From NCBI GenBank assembly GCA_027492035.1, contig JAOZFT010000001.1, positions 43,458-107,457 of the forward strand: a DNA stretch of 64,000 bases. Direction: 5' to 3'. Position 1 is the stretch's first letter; each line of letters opens with the position of its first letter. A model generated the notes under the pieces. The model made no database searches, was not told the origin of the DNA, and worked only from the letters and a program-made list of their open reading frames with translations. The DNA is from Thermoproteota archaeon (GTDB lineage Archaea; Korarchaeota; JAOZGF01; JAOZFZ01). The position numbers and the translations under genes were made by a program. This document shows positions 29,672-38,998 of the stretch, piece after piece.

Positions 29672-29977
29672 GTGTGGAAAATGTTACATGTTTACCTGAC
29701 TGCTTCATGTTACTCATTACTTCAGCAACCCCCAGATTGGTATATGCAGTTGGCCGTTTTCTTTTGGAAATTTGTTGTTTTTATGGGTAGTTTTGTACAA
29801 CATATTCTTGAAACTGTTGGTGTGCCTATACCTGAAGCTTACACTGGAGTAATAGGGTTTTTAGTGACTTTAGCCATTATTTTAGGAGTTTTAAAGGCGG
29901 CTGAAAATACTTTGAAATATATAGTTCTAGTGATTGTGATTATAATTATTTTGAACGTAATCACTTATTTCATTTAA
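29672..29977 (+). CDS. small membrane protein
   Basis: Hydrophobic helices; TATA-like TATATAAA and GGAG upstream; start uncertain. Confidence 0.6.
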   Translation: MWKMLHVYLTASCYSLLQQPPDWYMQLAVFFWKFVVFMGSFVQHILETVGVPIPEAYTGVIGFLVTLAIILGVLKAAENTLKYIVLVIVIIIILNVITYFI

Positions 29978-30005
29978 ATTCAGAAACCTATTAAATTTTC
30001 TCCTT

Positions 30006-30557
30006 CTACCTTATAAGGTTTAATAAATCAGATTTTGTAACTATCCCTGTAATTTCACCCTTTCTCACAGTTAACACTGCCGGGAATTTTTCAAGTAAAG
30101 CCTTTAAGATTTTAACGGGAGTGTCTTCAGGAATTAGAGGGAAAGGGTCTCCCATTACTTCCTCCACTTTAAGATCTCTCCTTGAAAGAGTTTCAAATTT
30201 ACTTATTAAGTTTGATTCAGAAATCCCACCCACTACTCTGCCCTCCTCAATTACAGGGAGTTGAGAAATAGCGTAAGCATTCATTAATTTAACAGCTTTT
30301 TTAACGCTGTCTTCAGGAGTTACAGAAATGATTTTTTTGGTGCTAATTTCATTTGCAACCTTATTTTTCTCTTTCTTGGCTCTTTCCTTCTCTAAAGCTA
30401 AAAAAATTTTTTTAGTTATTGTGTAGGAGGGCTCCATTAACCCATTTTCAATTTTTGCTATTGTTGATTGGCTTACGTTTGCAATTCTAGCTAGATCAGA
30501 TTGAGTTAGCCCTAATTTCTTCCTTACCTTGCCTATTTCATCTAACTCGGGAAACAT
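30006..30557 (-). CDS. XRE-HTH + CBS-pair transcriptional regulator
   Basis: LGLTQSDLARIANVSQSTIAKIE followed by tandem CBS domains (ISQLPV, GIVTKSDL). Confidence 0.92.
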   Translation of the reverse strand: MFPELDEIGKVRKKLGLTQSDLARIANVSQSTIAKIENGLMEPSYTITKKIFLALEKERAKKEKNKVANEISTKKIISVTPEDSVKKAVKLMNAYAISQLPVIEEGRVVGGISESNLISKFETLSRRDLKVEEVMGDPFPLIPEDTPVKILKALLEKFPAVLTVRKGEITGIVTKSDLLNLIR

Positions 30558-30619
30558 CTTTTCAACATCCCCCCTATACCTAAAAATTAAAAATGAGTCT
30601 CCCCAAGTTTATGAAAAAT

Positions 30620-30680
30620 AGCTATGATGAAACCGCTCCAGAATGAGTGGGGGCATGATTAAACCTGAGGTAGCTGAGCT
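30620..30680 (+). ncRNA. box C/D methylation-guide sRNA
   Basis: Box C ATGATGA 30624-30630; 12-nt guide; D' ATGA 30643-30646; C' ATGATTA 30655-30661; 12-nt guide; box D CTGA 30674-30677; terminal AGC/GCT stem. Confidence 0.85.
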
Positions 30681-30691
30681 CTTATTTAATT

Positions 30692-31012
30692 TTAACTTAC
30701 TTTTGACCCGGGGGAAACAGGTTTATCCGTTGTTAAAAGTACAGGTTTACCTTTTTCTATAGCTGCCAGAAGCATTCCCTTTGACTCTATTCCTCTTATT
30801 TTTTTTGGCTGTAAATTAGCCACTACAATTATGGTTTTACCTGTTAATTCTTCCAGTTTGTACACGTCGGCTATTCCAGCAACTAATTGTCTCTTTTCTT
30901 TTCCAAGGTCAACTTCCAGCTTCACAAGTTTAGTTGTACCTGGAACTTTTTCAGCTTTCAAAATAACCCCGGTTTTTAACTCTATTTTTTGGAAATCAGC
31001 TATAGTGATCAA
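30692..31012 (-). CDS. stand-alone tRNA-binding OB-fold protein (MetRS C-terminal domain/Trbp111/CsaA-like)
   Basis: ITIADFQKIEL...VANLQPKKIRGIESKGMLLA; own GGAGGTGA RBS. Confidence 0.9.
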   Translation of the reverse strand: MITIADFQKIELKTGVILKAEKVPGTTKLVKLEVDLGKEKRQLVAGIADVYKLEELTGKTIIVVANLQPKKIRGIESKGMLLAAIEKGKPVLLTTDKPVSPGSKVS

Positions 31013-31297
31013 ATATTTTCACCTCCCACGGAAGAAAATGTACACAAGTTTTCGTTTAAACCCTTTTTTAAAAATGATTCCCTTGTTTTATTCTGAATTT
31101 TTGTTTCACAAAAGAAAGTAATCAGTTTCTTTTCTCCTAAATTTTCCTTAAATTTTAGGAGGGATCTTCCTTAATTTCTTTACCTAACTTTAGAAAAGAG
31201 TTAAAATTTGCTGTTCCAGAAAATTGTAAAAAAATTAAAATTGAATGGACGTCTTAGTTGGAGTTTAGGTGAAGTAAATTGAGAAGAGGCTGAAGGG

Positions 31298-32590
31298 ATG
31301 AAGGAATACTTGGAAGTAACTGTTCCTGGAGGAGATACTGTCCTGGTTGAGGGTGAAGCCCTATTTGAACTTGTAAAAGGGAAAGGTGAAATTTTTGGTG
31401 TGGAAATCCCATTAAATTCAAAAATAAAGGTTGAACTGTTTAAAGCAGTCCCCTTCCATGCTTTAACAAAAAGCGAATTGAAAGTTTTTTCAGGGAAGAT
31501 ATTGCCAATTAAAGGGGAAACTATTCCAAAGGATTGGAAAAACGTTTTTATCCGTTGTAAAGAAAGGAGGAAACCGTTGAAAGTATTGGTGATTGGGGAC
31601 GCTGATGTGGGTAAAACAGGGTTTGTTACCTTCTTAGCAAACAAATTTTTTAATGAGGGATTTAGAGTAGCTGTGGTCGATTCGGACGTAGGCCAAAGCG
31701 ATATAGGTCCACCTACTACTATTGGTTTAGGTTTGATGACTAAACAAGTAGTTATGCTTAGTGAAATACCTTTAATTGATGCCTTGTTTATAGGTTCAAC
31801 TTCACCCTCAAATTTATTCCACCGTGTAATTTCTTCTGTTTCTTATTTAGTAAACAAAGCTTTAAAGGAGTTGAAAAGTGAAGTAGTGATTATTGACACT
31901 ACAGGTTGGGTTCATGGTGAAAACGGGCGTGAATTAAAGTTTTCAAAAGCACTAGCAGTAAACCCTGACGTAATAGTTGGTATACAGAGAAAGACTGAAC
32001 TAGAACCGATACTTACCTACCTAGAAAAATTTTTTCACATTGAGAGAATTAACCCAGCTGAGTATTTAAGGTATAGAAAGAGAGAAGAAAGGAGAAAAAT
32101 CAGAGCTGAACAATTTAAAAAATGGTTTAATGGAAGTAAAGTAAAGGAAATTGATTTCAAGAAAATACCCATAAATTACTGTTTCCTTTTCACAGGTCAA
32201 CCTCTAAACAAAGAAGAAAAGAAATGTATACCGATAAGTTTCCTTGATAAAGTTGTTTATGGTGAAGTTTTGGAAGATAGAGTTTTACTTGTTCTGAAAG
32301 GAGGCTTTGAAGTGGACATGAACGTTTTAACTACAGTAAGCCGGTGTTTAAACAAGGAAAAAGTAACATTTACTAACGAGGACAAACTAAAAAATTTGCT
32401 TTTAGCTTTCCAAAGTAAAAGGAAAATGTTTGAGGGATTAGGTATACTTCTTTCAATTGACTTTGAAGGAAGGAGAGGTAAAGTTTTCACTTCTGTTGAA
32501 GTTAGGGAGGATTCTATTATCCAATTCGGTTGCTTAAAAATTGATCCCTTCTCTTTTGAAGAGAAATACGTTGGTAAATGGGTTATTTAG
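31298..32590 (+). CDS. clp1: Clp1/Grc3-family polynucleotide 5'-kinase
   Basis: GDADVGKT, DSDVGQSDIGPP, IDTTGW and RKREERRKIR lid motif. Confidence 0.9.
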   Translation: MKEYLEVTVPGGDTVLVEGEALFELVKGKGEIFGVEIPLNSKIKVELFKAVPFHALTKSELKVFSGKILPIKGETIPKDWKNVFIRCKERRKPLKVLVIGDADVGKTGFVTFLANKFFNEGFRVAVVDSDVGQSDIGPPTTIGLGLMTKQVVMLSEIPLIDALFIGSTSPSNLFHRVISSVSYLVNKALKELKSEVVIIDTTGWVHGENGRELKFSKALAVNPDVIVGIQRKTELEPILTYLEKFFHIERINPAEYLRYRKREERRKIRAEQFKKWFNGSKVKEIDFKKIPINYCFLFTGQPLNKEEKKCIPISFLDKVVYGEVLEDRVLLVLKGGFEVDMNVLTTVSRCLNKEKVTFTNEDKLKNLLLAFQSKRKMFEGLGILLSIDFEGRRGKVFTSVEVREDSIIQFGCLKIDPFSFEEKYVGKWVI

Positions 32591-33108
32591 TCTAATATTT
32601 TTATTTTTTTGCCCTCCTTTTCCTTTCTTTTCAATGTAACAGTCAAAACGCCGTTGTTCATTTTAGCTATGACATCTTCACTTGAAACTTCACTTGGCAA
32701 ACGTATTACAGTGTTATATTTCTTGTACTTGGTTTTTGCTTTAACCTCTAAATCGTTCCCCTTTATTGAAAGCTCCACATCTTTTTTTTCAGCACCAGGA
32801 AGTTCAATTATAACTTCGTAAACGTCATCTTTTTCATAAATGTCATAAAAAGGCGTTACTTCGTCGTCAACTTTTATTCCTATGGGTCTTTCAGGTTTAA
32901 TGTTCCCGAAGTACCTTATTTGAGGGGTAGGCATCCCTGTCCTCCATGAGTAAGTGAAACCGAAAGTCAAGGGTTCCCCTCTCTTTATCCTTTCATTTAT
33001 TTGGTCCTCAGGAATGTTGCTGATCGCCGTTAAAAACTTTCTCATCCTCCTTATTTCTTCTCTAAATAATTCATCGAATTCCTTAAAGAAGTCGTCGAAA
33101 TCTTTCAT
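32587..33108 (-). CDS. hsp20: archaeal small heat shock protein
   Basis: FGFTY...FGNIK, ELPGAEKKD and AKMNNGVLTVTL (alpha-crystallin domain); GGAGGTG RBS. Confidence 0.92.
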   Translation of the reverse strand: MKDFDDFFKEFDELFREEIRRMRKFLTAISNIPEDQINERIKRGEPLTFGFTYSWRTGMPTPQIRYFGNIKPERPIGIKVDDEVTPFYDIYEKDDVYEVIIELPGAEKKDVELSIKGNDLEVKAKTKYKKYNTVIRLPSEVSSEDVIAKMNNGVLTVTLKRKEKEGKKIKILD

Positions 33109-33283
33109 GGGCATCACCTCCAAAAAAATCTCAATTTCTAAAAAAATGAAAAATTTTTATTTAAATTTTATTTTAAAATTTTTTAAAAAAATAAAAAGGA
33201 ATTTTTTAAAAAAATCCAACAAAAACTCCTTTCTATGCAATCCCTTCTCTCAGAAACAAAGGAGAAATGAAAAACAGGCTAAA

Positions 33284-33754
33284 CTAAAGAAACTTAGCTA
33301 CAGGGAAGGGGATGAAGAAAGACTCGTTATTGTTAAGTTTTTTTATGTAATTCCAAAGTGAACGATAAGTAAAAGGATAAATTTTTTCGTTAAAATTTCT
33401 CTTTATAAGGAACCTAGCCGGGTCAGTTATGAACCTGGAAAAACCAATGAAAGAAATAAGGAAATACCTTTGAGGGGAGTCTATATAAATAGGGGTTGGA
33501 TGGCCTACAAGAACATTTTCAAGCTTCAAATGAAGGAGATAATTAAGTTTTTCAATGAATAAGATGCCTTCAATTTTAGTTTTTGAAGAAATATTCCAAC
33601 CATAAACTATTATATCAAGATCTGATTTCCCAGAGATCCATCTAAAGCTTTCTTTAGTCGAACCAAAAAACTCAACATCTGTAACTCCTTGTCTATTCAC
33701 CATAAACTTTTTATAACGCTTTTTGAAAGCTTCTATCTTTTCGGCATCCAGCAA
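33284..33754 (-). CDS. DNA pol beta-superfamily nucleotidyltransferase domain protein
   Basis: FFGS...SDLDIIV signature; TTG start after a GGGGGAG RBS (ORF is open to 33817). Confidence 0.72.
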   Translation of the reverse strand: MLDAEKIEAFKKRYKKFMVNRQGVTDVEFFGSTKESFRWISGKSDLDIIVYGWNISSKTKIEGILFIEKLNYLLHLKLENVLVGHPTPIYIDSPQRYFLISFIGFSRFITDPARFLIKRNFNEKIYPFTYRSLWNYIKKLNNNESFFIPFPVAKFL

Positions 33755-33917
33755 TATACTCCCCCAGGGAAAGGAATTAACGGTAAATATAAGAGTTAAA
33801 AAGGTAGCGAAATACATTCTTTTTAAAAGAAGCTAAGAAATAGAGAGTTAAATAATGGAATAAAAATTTTGCGAAGAAATTCTTAAAAAGTGGTTTAAAA
33901 GAACATTAAGAGTAAAG

Positions 33918-34862
33918 GTGCTTCTCTTGACTGTTTATTCATTAGAAATCAAAGATAATTGGTTAGATATATTAAATGCTTTAAGGGAGGAAGTAACCTA
34001 TAGGCAAGTAAAGATGAAAATTGATTTTTCGAAAACAATAATGGAGGTAAGAGGTTCAGCATTGAGCGGTTTGTTTCAGATAGTAGATGAAAACATCCTC
34101 AAACCGATAGGTTTCATTCTTTTAGACGTAGGAACAGATAAAAGCTTTATTTTTGAAACTTATCATTACCCTACCAAAAAACATAAAAGAGCGGTTTTAA
34201 AGTTTGAGAACAGTGTCCTTTCAAAACTAAAAAGTGGACAGGAATTCCTCATCCCCTTTTCAGACATGAACAAAACCAGGTCGCACATGAAAATTAAATA
34301 TAGATCCATAAATGTTAAACCGTTGTTCTTAACTAAGAAAATGGATGATGTTTTTGAGGTTGTTGATTTGCTTGATTCCATGCTTAATAGGGAATTTGAA
34401 AGGGAAATAGAAACAAAGACAAGTGTAAAGAAAAGGGGGAATAATGAAACCTTGAAAACAGTACATAGCTTTTCTCCTGTGGGGATTCTCACGGAAGACA
34501 ATGGAGAAACAGTGAATTATGCAATAGTGGACACTGTTTCAATAGAGAAAAACAAAATGAACATAGCAATTATAAACACAAAAATTTCGAAAAAGGAAAA
34601 ACTTATTTCAACTTTATTTAAAGGTAAAAGACGCTTCAGAAAACCTGCAGCAGCTATCTTAACAACTTACTTCCTGAACACACAAACCTTTTTTGGTGAA
34701 GAAGTAACAAAAGCTCTCGCTAAAGATTCAAGTGAATTGATTTCGGAAACACTAAACTTGATGGAAAGAAACCTTCTAAGCAACAAATTTACTCAACAAA
34801 TACCGCTTCCAGGGAAAACCAACTTAAAAAACCTTGAAGAAATGGATAAAGCCCTCATTTAA
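33918..34862 (+). CDS. hypothetical protein
   Basis: 314-aa ORF, no recognised motif. Confidence 0.65.
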   Translation: MLLLTVYSLEIKDNWLDILNALREEVTYRQVKMKIDFSKTIMEVRGSALSGLFQIVDENILKPIGFILLDVGTDKSFIFETYHYPTKKHKRAVLKFENSVLSKLKSGQEFLIPFSDMNKTRSHMKIKYRSINVKPLFLTKKMDDVFEVVDLLDSMLNREFEREIETKTSVKKRGNNETLKTVHSFSPVGILTEDNGETVNYAIVDTVSIEKNKMNIAIINTKISKKEKLISTLFKGKRRFRKPAAAILTTYFLNTQTFFGEEVTKALAKDSSELISETLNLMERNLLSNKFTQQIPLPGKTNLKNLEEMDKALI

Positions 34863-34905
34863 ACTAACTAAATAAGGAAGAAAAGAATAGGTTAAAGGGA
34901 CATTT

Positions 34906-35655
34906 TTATGTTAACCATTTGCAGCTGTCCCTCTTCCACTTCTGGTATGCCTCATCAAAACTCCTAGATTCCAAAACGTAATCAATGAATTTTAGATGTA
35001 ACGAAACAAGCTTTTTCACTTCTTCATCATTTATTTCTTTCCCAAAAAAAATCTCCTCCTTAATTTTCCATTCTAATAAATCTAAAGGCTTCAAAGATTC
35101 CTCAACTACCTCATTTTTAACTTTAAACCCTTCATTTTTCAATTTTTCAACCCCTGACTCCCCCAGATCTACACAGATCACTCTACCATCAATATGGTCC
35201 TTAACAAAATCAGCTTCTTCACGTCCACAATAGTAATCAACCAAAACCTTTTTAGAAATCACTTTCCTCCATTTATCTACCTGTATCCCTCCAACCCTGG
35301 AACGGAAAGTCAGTAAAAAAATCTCTTCTAATACTTTTTTCAGAGAATGGAAATGCTGCTTGTTCATGAAACATTGTACATTTAAGTAAAGGCGTTTTAA
35401 GGTTCTTAGAATTGGTTTATAAGGCTCCAAGAAAGGCTTCTCCAGAGTTGATTCCTCCTTCGCTTCAAAATTTTCAAGTGAGAAATCCTCTTTCTCAATT
35501 AACATATTCCCAAGCTCAGGGGGCAGAGGAAGAAATACAGAAGTAGTGAAAAACCTTTCCTCAAAAATTCTTTTGGCAACCTTGGTTTTAGCTTCAGTAG
35601 TACCCACAGAAGATAAAACAAGTATTTCCGACATCAAAGAAAAAAAGACAAACAA
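34906..35655 (-). CDS. hypothetical protein
   Basis: About 245-aa soluble K/E-rich ORF, no recognised motif. Confidence 0.65.
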   Translation of the reverse strand: MFVFFSLMSEILVLSSVGTTEAKTKVAKRIFEERFFTTSVFLPLPPELGNMLIEKEDFSLENFEAKEESTLEKPFLEPYKPILRTLKRLYLNVQCFMNKQHFHSLKKVLEEIFLLTFRSRVGGIQVDKWRKVISKKVLVDYYCGREEADFVKDHIDGRVICVDLGESGVEKLKNEGFKVKNEVVEESLKPLDLLEWKIKEEIFFGKEINDEEVKKLVSLHLKFIDYVLESRSFDEAYQKWKRDSCKWLT

Positions 35656-35738
35656 AACTTTAAAAGTTTAACGTTGCACTCCTAAAAACTGGAGGAAGAA
35701 GATGTAAGGTAATGAAGCGAATAAAATTGCTAAGGAGT

Positions 35739-36611
35739 TTAAGGCCGCGAAATTTTGTTGAGGTACTCATCAATTATTTCATTAAGTTCCTGCGGCTTTT
35801 CATAAAGCACCAAATGACCCGCCCCTTTTATTATTTTTATTTCACTGCCTGGTATTTGTTGATGGATTTGTTTGCTCCATTCTGGTGGTGTAACTCGATC
35901 ATGTTCCCCTACCACTATAAGAGTGGGGGTTCTTATTTCTTTTAACCAAGAACTTGCATTGTAGTGCTTGAAGTATTTAAAATACCTGTGTACATGCACA
36001 GGGAGATTTGAGATGTATTCCTCGTTGTCTTCCATGAATTCATGAAACACTTCCTCAGGCGTTGTTGGGCTGAAAAACATTTTTTTATACAAGCTAACTG
36101 TGAGAGGATTCTTTGTAAATAATAGTTTTCTCCAAAAAAGGGAGGGAAGCTTCTCTATTAATTTATCTGAAAGAGTCACAACCCATTTAGGAAGAGACCC
36201 AATTAAAACTAAACCTTTAACTTCCACGTTTCTAGCATAAGTTTGAGCAACTACAGACCCGAAACTATGCCCTATAAGCACTACTTCCTCAGGTTTTAAG
36301 TTGTAATGCTTCAAAACCTCCTCTAAATCCTGAAGATAGTCGTCGATTGATACTTTAGAGGGTTTATCAGAAGCCCCGTACCCTCTTTGATCATAAACTA
36401 TACACCTACATTTGTCACAGAAGTATTTCAACTGTTTCTTCCAGTTGCTGATTTGGCCAGGCATTCCGTGCAGAAACACTAGAGTTAAACCCTTCTTGCT
36501 TGGGTTACAGACACAAAGTTTCAAAACAACATCTCTAATCTTTGTTTTTGTACAGATTAAAAGAGGAGCTTCAGGCCCCGAACCCTTAGCCTCACTTGGA
36601 GATAAATTCAC
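35739..36611 (-). CDS. alpha/beta hydrolase
   Basis: LHGMPG, DQRGYGASD, nucleophile elbow GHSFG, GEHD and AGH (catalytic triad). Confidence 0.92.
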   Translation of the reverse strand: MNLSPSEAKGSGPEAPLLICTKTKIRDVVLKLCVCNPSKKGLTLVFLHGMPGQISNWKKQLKYFCDKCRCIVYDQRGYGASDKPSKVSIDDYLQDLEEVLKHYNLKPEEVVLIGHSFGSVVAQTYARNVEVKGLVLIGSLPKWVVTLSDKLIEKLPSLFWRKLLFTKNPLTVSLYKKMFFSPTTPEEVFHEFMEDNEEYISNLPVHVHRYFKYFKHYNASSWLKEIRTPTLIVVGEHDRVTPPEWSKQIHQQIPGSEIKIIKGAGHLVLYEKPQELNEIIDEYLNKISRP

Positions 36612-36995
36612 CCCTTTTCATCTCCACAAAATTTCGAAACTTCCCAAAAGGACTTTTATTAGTTAACTTAAATAATACTTAAAAACTTATTTTAATAAGT
36701 GAATTTAAAGAATTGAAAAAAAGTTAAGACCTTTGTTTAAGAACCTAAAAATTATTTAATAACTTCCGAGTTTCAACTGAACTTCCCTTATAGGTTCATC
36801 TTTTCAACAAGGGTAAGTCTCAACCAGAGACAGTGCTTAGAACCATTAAAGCTATTTTAAGTTATTTGTTTCAATAAAAATGAGAACCAAGAAATCGCAA
36901 TAAGTACGAACACTTGCTGAAATATATCAACATCTATCTGGTATCTAACAGTTTTAGGGTTTATTCTGAAAATTTTAGATACTAAAATCGATAAA

Positions 36996-37033
36996 TTTAT
37001 AAATAAGTGTCACTTTTTCTTTTTTTGTGTTAC
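36996..37033 (+). promoter_or_regulatory. TATA box plus candidate NikR operator
   Basis: TTTATAAA at 36996-37003, immediately followed by GTGTCAC-N13-GTGTTAC (37007-37033), upstream of nikM. Confidence 0.65.
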
Positions 37034-37057
37034 TAGCTTAGGAGAAAGGTGGCAAAA

Positions 37058-37726
37058 ATGCATATTCCAGATGGATACCTTGGACCCTTAACATGCGCAG
37101 TTATGTTTTTAGTGATGGTACCGATTTGGTACTTTGCTTTAAAAAACACGTCAAAGAGACTAGGTCCAAAAGAAGTTCCAATGATAGCTGTTCTTTCAGC
37201 AGTATCTTTTCTAGTAATGATGTTTAACTGGCCTGTACCTGATGGCACCACTGCCCACATGGTGGGTGGAACCCTTTTTGCAATCATCCTCGGTCCTTGG
37301 GCGTCAGTTATTGGAATCACTGTCGCATTAGTTATTCAAGCATTCTTTTTCGGTGACGGAGGAGTAACAGCTTTAGGAGCTAACTGTTTCAACATGGCAT
37401 TTGTGATCCCTTTTGTGGGTTACTTCATTTATAAAGCATTAAAAGAAAGGATCGGCAAGGTTGCATCTGCAGGAGTTGCTGCTTACATAGCAATAAACAT
37501 TGCAGCTGTGGTTGCAGCTATTGAATTCGGTGTTCAACCATACATTGCACCTGGGTACTGTCCTTACGGTTTAAATTTATCCATACCTGCAATGGCTTTC
37601 GCTCACTTGACAACTGCTGGACCTGTAGCTGCTGTTGTCACTGCGGTAGTGGTTGGTTACTTAGAAAGAAGCAGACCTGACTTACTTGCACTAAAGGAGA
37701 CTTCTCCAAATATTAGAGGTGAATGA
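37058..37726 (+). CDS. nikM: Ni/Co ECF transporter substrate-binding component (NikM/CbiM)
   Basis: N-terminal MHIPDG metal-binding motif; GTTAH and FGDGGVTALGAN motifs. Confidence 0.9.
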   Translation: MHIPDGYLGPLTCAVMFLVMVPIWYFALKNTSKRLGPKEVPMIAVLSAVSFLVMMFNWPVPDGTTAHMVGGTLFAIILGPWASVIGITVALVIQAFFFGDGGVTALGANCFNMAFVIPFVGYFIYKALKERIGKVASAGVAAYIAINIAAVVAAIEFGVQPYIAPGYCPYGLNLSIPAMAFAHLTTAGPVAAVVTAVVVGYLERSRPDLLALKETSPNIRGE

Positions 37727-37729
37727 GGA

Positions 37730-38050
37730 ATGGAGCCTTGGTTAAAAAGGACTTTAGTTGCACTTGCTGTGTTCATTGTTTTATCTCCGTTAGGTATACT
37801 TTTTACCTGGGACTACGGGGACGCATGGGGAGAGTGGGGTGAAGTTAAGTTACCAAATGGGAAAGTGTGGACGCCGAAATCCTATTTTAACGCACCTCTC
37901 CCAGACTATAACGTTGAAGGATGGGAAGATAAACTGATGGCTTCCATTGGGTACTGGATCTCGGCAGTAATTGGAGTTGCAGCCACTATGCTTATGTCTC
38001 TTGGAGTTGTGAAAACGATTGAACTCTGGAGAAGTGAAGAAGGCAAATAA
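37730..38050 (+). CDS. Ni ECF accessory subunit (NikN/PDGLE-like)
   Basis: Two TM helices; AWGEWG...APLPDY motif; operon position. Confidence 0.8.
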   Translation: MEPWLKRTLVALAVFIVLSPLGILFTWDYGDAWGEWGEVKLPNGKVWTPKSYFNAPLPDYNVEGWEDKLMASIGYWISAVIGVAATMLMSLGVVKTIELWRSEEGK

Positions 38051-38110
38051 CTGATAAAATACTTTTCTCCTTTTTTTGTTAAAAGAGAACGTAGGGGTTG
38101 GTTAAAGAAA

Positions 38111-38998
38111 ATGAGTTTCACGGAAAGAACACTTTACGAAATCATAAATTGGGTGAGGGATTCTGTTTTTTCTGAAATCTACGCGGATAAGAAAGGGTTC
38201 CTACAATCCTTGAACCCAAGAATAAAATTTATTGCATTTCTATGTCTATTGGTCAGTGTAGTGTGTGTCCGTAGCCTACAAGTCATTTTATTCTTTCTCC
38301 TATTTTCCCTTTTACTAGTTTATTTCTCAAAAATACCTTTCAAGTTTTACTTGACCAGAGTGTTAATTTTTATTCCCATATTTACGGGGATAGTGGCTTT
38401 TCCCTCCATTTTCAATATTTTCCAACAAAATAAGGGTAGACCCCTTATTGTACTTTACAATTTCGGTTACACCGTCAATTTTCCCTTCTTAAAACCTTTT
38501 TCAACAATTGAAATAACTGAGGAGGGTGTTTATTGGGCTTTAACTTTTGTTTTACGCGTCACAGTTTCTGTTTCTTTAACAGTATTACTTATACTTACAA
38601 CTAAATGGCCTAGCCTTCTTTCCTCCTTAAGTTCAATAAGGACTCCGGAAACCTTCATCTTTATTTTACACATGACCTACCGCTACATTTTCCTTTTAGC
38701 TACACTAGTTTCTAACATGCTTTTTTCAAGGAAAAGCAGAATAGTTGGGAAAGAAACTGCAATTAAAAGTTGGAAATTGAATGCAAACATAATTGGCGCC
38801 CTTTTTTTAAAATCTCATGATATGAGTGAAAATATTTACTTAGCGATGCTTTCAAGAGGTTTCAATGGACAAGTAAGTAGATCAATGATTAACGTGAAAG
38901 AAAGACAAATGAAGGAAGGGAACATAAAGAGCTATTTATTCCTTATTGCCACAGTAATTTTTTGTGCAACTATTTTGTTGAAGGAGGCATTGATGTGA
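38111..38998 (+). CDS. cbiQ: ECF transmembrane component (CbiQ/NikQ)
   Basis: LNPRIK, TYRYIF and AMLSRGF motifs. Confidence 0.92.
   Translation: MSFTERTLYEIINWVRDSVFSEIYADKKGFLQSLNPRIKFIAFLCLLVSVVCVRSLQVILFFLLFSLLLVYFSKIPFKFYLTRVLIFIPIFTGIVAFPSIFNIFQQNKGRPLIVLYNFGYTVNFPFLKPFSTIEITEEGVYWALTFVLRVTVSVSLTVLLILTTKWPSLLSSLSSIRTPETFIFILHMTYRYIFLLATLVSNMLFSRKSRIVGKETAIKSWKLNANIIGALFLKSHDMSENIYLAMLSRGFNGQVSRSMINVKERQMKEGNIKSYLFLIATVIFCATILLKEALM

Noticed and set aside
30692-31012. Fragment of a split or frameshifted metG
   Set aside because: Has its own strong GGAGGTGA RBS and no MetRS sequence upstream; stand-alone forms are well known
36612-36990. Riboswitch (cobalamin or NiCo) upstream of nikM
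   Set aside because: AT-rich with no recognisable conserved structure; the TATA box lies only about 55 nt from the start codon, leaving no room for a leader
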